Shown: positions 35,168 to 37,676 of the stretch, piece by piece | Numbering within the stretch: the stretch's first letter is position 1 | How the letters are laid out: each line of letters begins with the position of its first letter | Virus record (IMG/VR): IMGVR_UViG_3300038701_003025 | Span: 1 to 37,676 of that record | DNA length: 37,676 nucleotides | From: a virus | Strand: one strand, 5' to 3' | Notes under the pieces: generated by a model | Told to the model about the DNA's origin: nothing | Seen by the model: the letters and a program-made list of their open reading frames with translations, nothing else | The model's database searches: none | Program-made: the position numbers and the translations under genes

Positions 35168-35739
35168 TACTTTTTCTCCATTAGGTATTTATTTACATAT
35201 TTATTAGCTATACCATTATTATACACATTTTTACCAGAAATTGTCAAGTACCTTTTTGATTTTAAGCTAGGTAACATTTCCCTATATTTAACTGGGTTTA
35301 GTTTAAAGATTTTAGCTTCCGCCTCTAATCTAAACAGGTCATATATCATACAAGTGGTTAAACAGTGCCCTGTTTTGGCGTTGCCGGCTTGATGTTGCTC
35401 CCACCTACTATTTATATAGGCTATTCTTTTGTCGCAATTAGCATATATTGAAGCAGCCCCAGAAGCCCCGAGAACTAAGTGACAAGTAAAGGTAAAGCCG
35501 TGCTTTTCTTTCATTATTTTCATGAAGGTAATGATATTATTAGTTACGTCAAGATATCCTCCTGGAGAATTGATAAGTAATACTATCTCTTTCCCCTTTA
35601 TATTGGCTTTATCTAGGTCTACGGCAAGCGTTTCTAGGGACCGGTCTAAAATAGGACCATATATCTGGGCATCTATTTTGAGTTTGCCTTGGGCGCACCC
35701 TGAAATCGCCATAATTAACATTAATAATACTATTTTCAT
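35167..35739 (-). CDS. ClpP/S14-like serine peptidase with lipoprotein signal peptide
   Basis: MKIVLLMLIMAISGC carries a lipobox (ISGC). Motifs LINSPGGY, LGASGAASIY and WEQHQ. AAGGAG RBS. Confidence 0.6.
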   Translation of the reverse strand: MKIVLLMLIMAISGCAQGKLKIDAQIYGPILDRSLETLAVDLDKANIKGKEIVLLINSPGGYLDVTNNIITFMKIMKEKHGFTFTCHLVLGASGAASIYANCDKRIAYINSRWEQHQAGNAKTGHCLTTCMIYDLFRLEAEAKIFKLNPVKYREMLPSLKSKRYLTISGKNVYNNGIANKYVNKYLMEKK

Positions 35740-35749
35740 ACTAACTCCT

Positions 35750-35778
35750 TTGCCCTCGATTCTATATCAGGGTAGTAT
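35750..35778 (+). promoter_or_regulatory. candidate promoter giving a leaderless RusA-like mRNA
   Basis: TTGCCC (35750..35755), 17-nt spacer, TAGTAT (35773..35778), 6 nt, then ATG at 35785. The geometry is the same as at 3585..3620. Confidence 0.45.
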
Positions 35779-35779
35779 T

Positions 35780-35808
35780 AGTCTATGATATATCGAATAA
35801 CTTTGCAA
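35780..35808 (-). promoter_or_regulatory. candidate promoter for the middle (replication/envelope) leftward operon
   Basis: On the minus strand: TTGCAA (35808..35803), 17-nt spacer, TAGACT (35785..35780). It sits back-to-back with the + strand promoter. Confidence 0.4.
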
Positions 35809-36225
35809 GACATTAAACCCTTTTCTATAAATAAAGCCCACTATCGCCGTGGTCAGCGTACCAAAGAGTGTCGTAGCTGGAGCTTTTTAGTCCATGAACA
35901 GATAGCTAAAGACCCGGCGTTTATTCAATTTAAGAAGCGGGCTAAAAAAGCCAGTTTTTTCCACGTCCATTTAAGGTTTAATATACCAGAAAAAAAGTTT
36001 TATACTAAGACTGGGAAAATTAGCCGGCTGACCAGCGATCTAACAAACGTGGAGAAAATGCTAGTCGATGTTATTTTTGACCCGCGTTTTCACGGTCGGG
36101 TTGAGAATGATCTTAAAATTGTTACTTTAGAGTGCGATGATACTTTGATTACTAAATTGGTAAGTGAAAAAGGAGCCACGAATAGCGACTCCTATAGTAT
36201 TGACGTTTCTATTCAGGTTTTTTAA
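35785..36225 (+). CDS. RusA-like Holliday junction resolvase (146 aa)
   Basis: ITLQDIKPFSINKAHY, DLTNVEKMLVDVIF and DDTLI parallel the RusA motifs ITLPWPPSNN, DLDNLQKAAFDAL and DD. It is the only + strand gene in the leftward arm. Confidence 0.5.
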   Translation: MIYRITLQDIKPFSINKAHYRRGQRTKECRSWSFLVHEQIAKDPAFIQFKKRAKKASFFHVHLRFNIPEKKFYTKTGKISRLTSDLTNVEKMLVDVIFDPRFHGRVENDLKIVTLECDDTLITKLVSEKGATNSDSYSIDVSIQVF

Positions 36226-36433
36226 GATTTTCTTCCTCAGTTTCTTCCTCGTCAAGCCATTCCATTGCCTCCTCCATTAATTGATGTCGCCTGTAATGGC
36301 TAAAATACTCGTGCGCTATTTTTAAGCCCACGGCTGCAGCAATGTATAAATTATATTGCGCCAATAGGTACACAATAGTAATTTCTACGAGTAAATTTAG
36401 CCCAATTTCAAGTGATACGTCAAACCGATTCAT
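36209..36433 (-). CDS. membrane protein with acidic C-terminus (74 aa)
   Basis: AGGAGA RBS and two hydrophobic helices. Its 3' end overlaps the RusA-like 3' end by 17 nt. Confidence 0.5.
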   Translation of the reverse strand: MNRFDVSLEIGLNLLVEITIVYLLAQYNLYIAAAVGLKIAHEYFSHYRRHQLMEEAMEWLDEEETEEENLKKPE

Positions 36434-36606
36434 TTTCTTTCTCCTGGTTTATAGATTTTTAAACAAGTTTCCGAAGCTTTTAGAGATTCTACCCCATGTT
36501 TCCCTACTAAAGTATAGACGCAGCCCCGCATTTTATCGCTAACTGGTAATTGACTTTCTAAAATTGAACAAGAAACTATAAAAGGTAAAAATAGTATATA
36601 TTTCAT
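36430..36606 (-). CDS. small lipoprotein candidate (58 aa), below track threshold
   Basis: AAGGAA RBS. Manual translation MKYILFLPFIVSCSILESQLPVSDKMRGCVYTLVGKHGVESLKASETCLKIYKPGERK. ATGA coupling to the next gene. Confidence 0.45.
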   Translation of the reverse strand: MKYILFLPFIVSCSILESQLPVSDKMRGCVYTLVGKHGVESLKASETCLKIYKPGERK

Positions 36607-36608
36607 TT

Positions 36609-36776
36609 TTAATTTCCTTTATTTAGTCTTTGTTCTTTATTATCTAGTATGGCACCGAATATTAAAGAAAGTGATATAATTAAAGAAGCATACGCATACA
36701 TTGGGTCACCTTCCGTAAAATGTTTATACACGCTATATGCTAAGTTTCCAATTAGTAAAAAATACACGTTACTCAT
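36609..36776 (-). CDS. small 2-TM membrane protein (55 aa), below track threshold
   Basis: AAGGAGAT RBS. Manual translation MSNVYFLLIGNLAYSVYKHFTEGDPMYAYASLIISLSLIFGAILDNKEQRLNKGN. Confidence 0.45.
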   Translation of the reverse strand: MSNVYFLLIGNLAYSVYKHFTEGDPMYAYASLIISLSLIFGAILDNKEQRLNKGN

Positions 36777-36785
36777 GCTATCTCC

Positions 36786-37013
36786 TTAAATACTTTTGTT
36801 TACGATTTTAAATAAACTATTGTTTTTTATTATATTATTAACAAACTCAAACGTATATTTATAAGAGTTTTGATTAAGTAAGCATTCTAAAAAGAGCATC
36901 ATTTTTTCATTTCTCCCATCAATACACATTACTTTAATCGGGTAACAGCCTTTAGCGATTAAAATATCTCCTTCTTTTATATTTTTAACACTATTAATTT
37001 TTTCTAATTCCAT
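36786..37013 (-). CDS. hypothetical protein (75 aa)
   Basis: GAGGTAG RBS. No domain recognised. Confidence 0.5.
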   Translation of the reverse strand: MELEKINSVKNIKEGDILIAKGCYPIKVMCIDGRNEKMMLFLECLLNQNSYKYTFEFVNNIIKNNSLFKIVNKSI

Positions 37014-37069
37014 AACTACCTCTTACACATTTTTTAAAAAATACTCGTAATCATCCCACTCAGATTTCA

Positions 37070-37321
37070 TCATAACCAGCCCTCTTTATAACCAAGCGCA
37101 TTTAAACGCTTAGTAAGGTAAGTTTTATCCCGGTCAAAAAGCGCCTTTACAGTTTCTTCTTCTAAGTTTTTATTTAAAGCCAGGTTAAGTAGGACTAGGC
37201 GGTTTTCAGAATTTTCTGCAATGCGCTTTTGAATTTCAGGGTCTTGAGTAAAGCGGGCAATTACCGCCTCCTCCTGGTAATAATTGCCCCCATATGATCT
37301 TAATGCATTTATTCTGTTCAT
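37070..37321 (-). CDS. hypothetical protein (83 aa)
   Basis: Track ORF with GGGGAAT upstream. Helical-repeat-like segment NRLVLLNLALNKNLEEETVKAL. Confidence 0.5.
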   Translation of the reverse strand: MNRINALRSYGGNYYQEEAVIARFTQDPEIQKRIAENSENRLVLLNLALNKNLEEETVKALFDRDKTYLTKRLNALGYKEGWL

Positions 37322-37543
37322 TTATTCCCCAATATCTATGTTATTTTCTATAATATAATCTACCATTTCAAGGAATTGCTCCTCGTTAAAATAATCTACG
37401 TTATCGTAGTGAAAGTATTCGCCGCATAAGTGGTCGAATTTATACACATCCCAGTAATCCATTAAAGCGTTTTCATTGGCTTCTATGAATTTTTCTACGT
37501 TCACTTCTTCATTCTTTGGTTCGTTTAAATAAATGTAATCCAT
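37322..37543 (-). CDS. highly acidic small protein (73 aa)
   Basis: AAGGAGAT RBS directly after the stop of repeat-gene paralog 2. About 30% D/E and many aromatic residues. Confidence 0.55.
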   Translation of the reverse strand: MDYIYLNEPKNEEVNVEKFIEANENALMDYWDVYKFDHLCGEYFHYDNVDYFNEEQFLEMVDYIIENNIDIGE

Positions 37544-37552
37544 GTTATCTCC

Positions 37553-37676
37553 TTAGTTATCTTTAATATAGTTTAACATTTCTAAGTTATATTTGCAAGC
37601 TTTAAGTAAAAACTCTTTAGTTTTAAATTCTTCATTAATATAGTGTAAAGCATACTCACTTTTCTTAACAGCTTCT
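37553..37676 (-). CDS. C-terminal part of DUF4116-type repeat protein paralog 2 (continues from 1..349 across the junction)
   Basis: Stop at 37553..37555. The tail ...EEFKTKEFLLKACKYNLEMLNYIKDN is nearly identical to the tail of paralog 1. Confidence 0.75.
   Translation of the reverse strand, partial: EAVKKSEYALHYINEEFKTKEFLLKACKYNLEMLNYIKDN
37624..37676. repeat. 53-bp terminal overlap identical to nt 1..53 (circular assembly closure)
   Basis: Direct comparison of the window suffix and prefix. Confidence 0.9.

Noticed and set aside
1-37676. A prophage or integrative element with att sites at the window ends, or a T7-like phage with its own RNA polymerase.
   Set aside because: No integrase, recombinase, repressor module or flanking host genes are present, and the end repeat lies inside a CDS. 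No ORF shows single-subunit RNAP motifs, and sigma70-like promoters are present instead.

Overview
The window appears to be one complete, circularly closed genome of a podovirus-like dsDNA phage. The last 53 nt (37624..37676) repeat nt 1..53, so the unique length is about 37,623 bp.

Architecture: two arms diverge from a single 1.17-kb ORF-free region (2451..3619) and converge on a terminator hairpin at 25515..25532.
- Rightward arm (3620..25510, + strand): ClpP-like protease, small and large terminase, portal, scaffold, capsid, fibre-like proteins, adaptor and nozzle-like proteins, internal virion proteins (including a Hint-domain protein and a GNAT) and a lysis cassette (XhlA-like, M15 peptidase, GTA-type holin).
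- Leftward arm (2450 -> 1, wrapping to 37623 -> 25566, - strand):
  - small early proteins;
  - two paralogous DUF4116-type tandem-repeat genes;
  - a run of membrane or exported proteins (lipoprotein ClpP-like protease, SLT transglycosylase);
  - Prim-Pol/helicase, RecE-like exonuclease and family A DNA polymerase;
  - an HNH-AP2 homing endonuclease and a GT9 heptosyltransferase.
- One RusA-like gene is inverted inside the leftward arm.
- I saw no RNA polymerase, integrase, tRNA, CRISPR array, tape measure or sheath gene.

Most unusual features:
- the compositionally aberrant non-coding region, which has C-runs, CTCTAA-type iterons and candidate RNA helices;
- two promoters with identical leaderless geometry;
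- the expanding 66-bp repeat genes;
- the envelope-directed early module;
- the Hint and GNAT genes in the ejection cluster;
- an O-helix YG->AN change in the polymerase.

All functional calls rest on motif recognition and gene order by eye. No database search was run.
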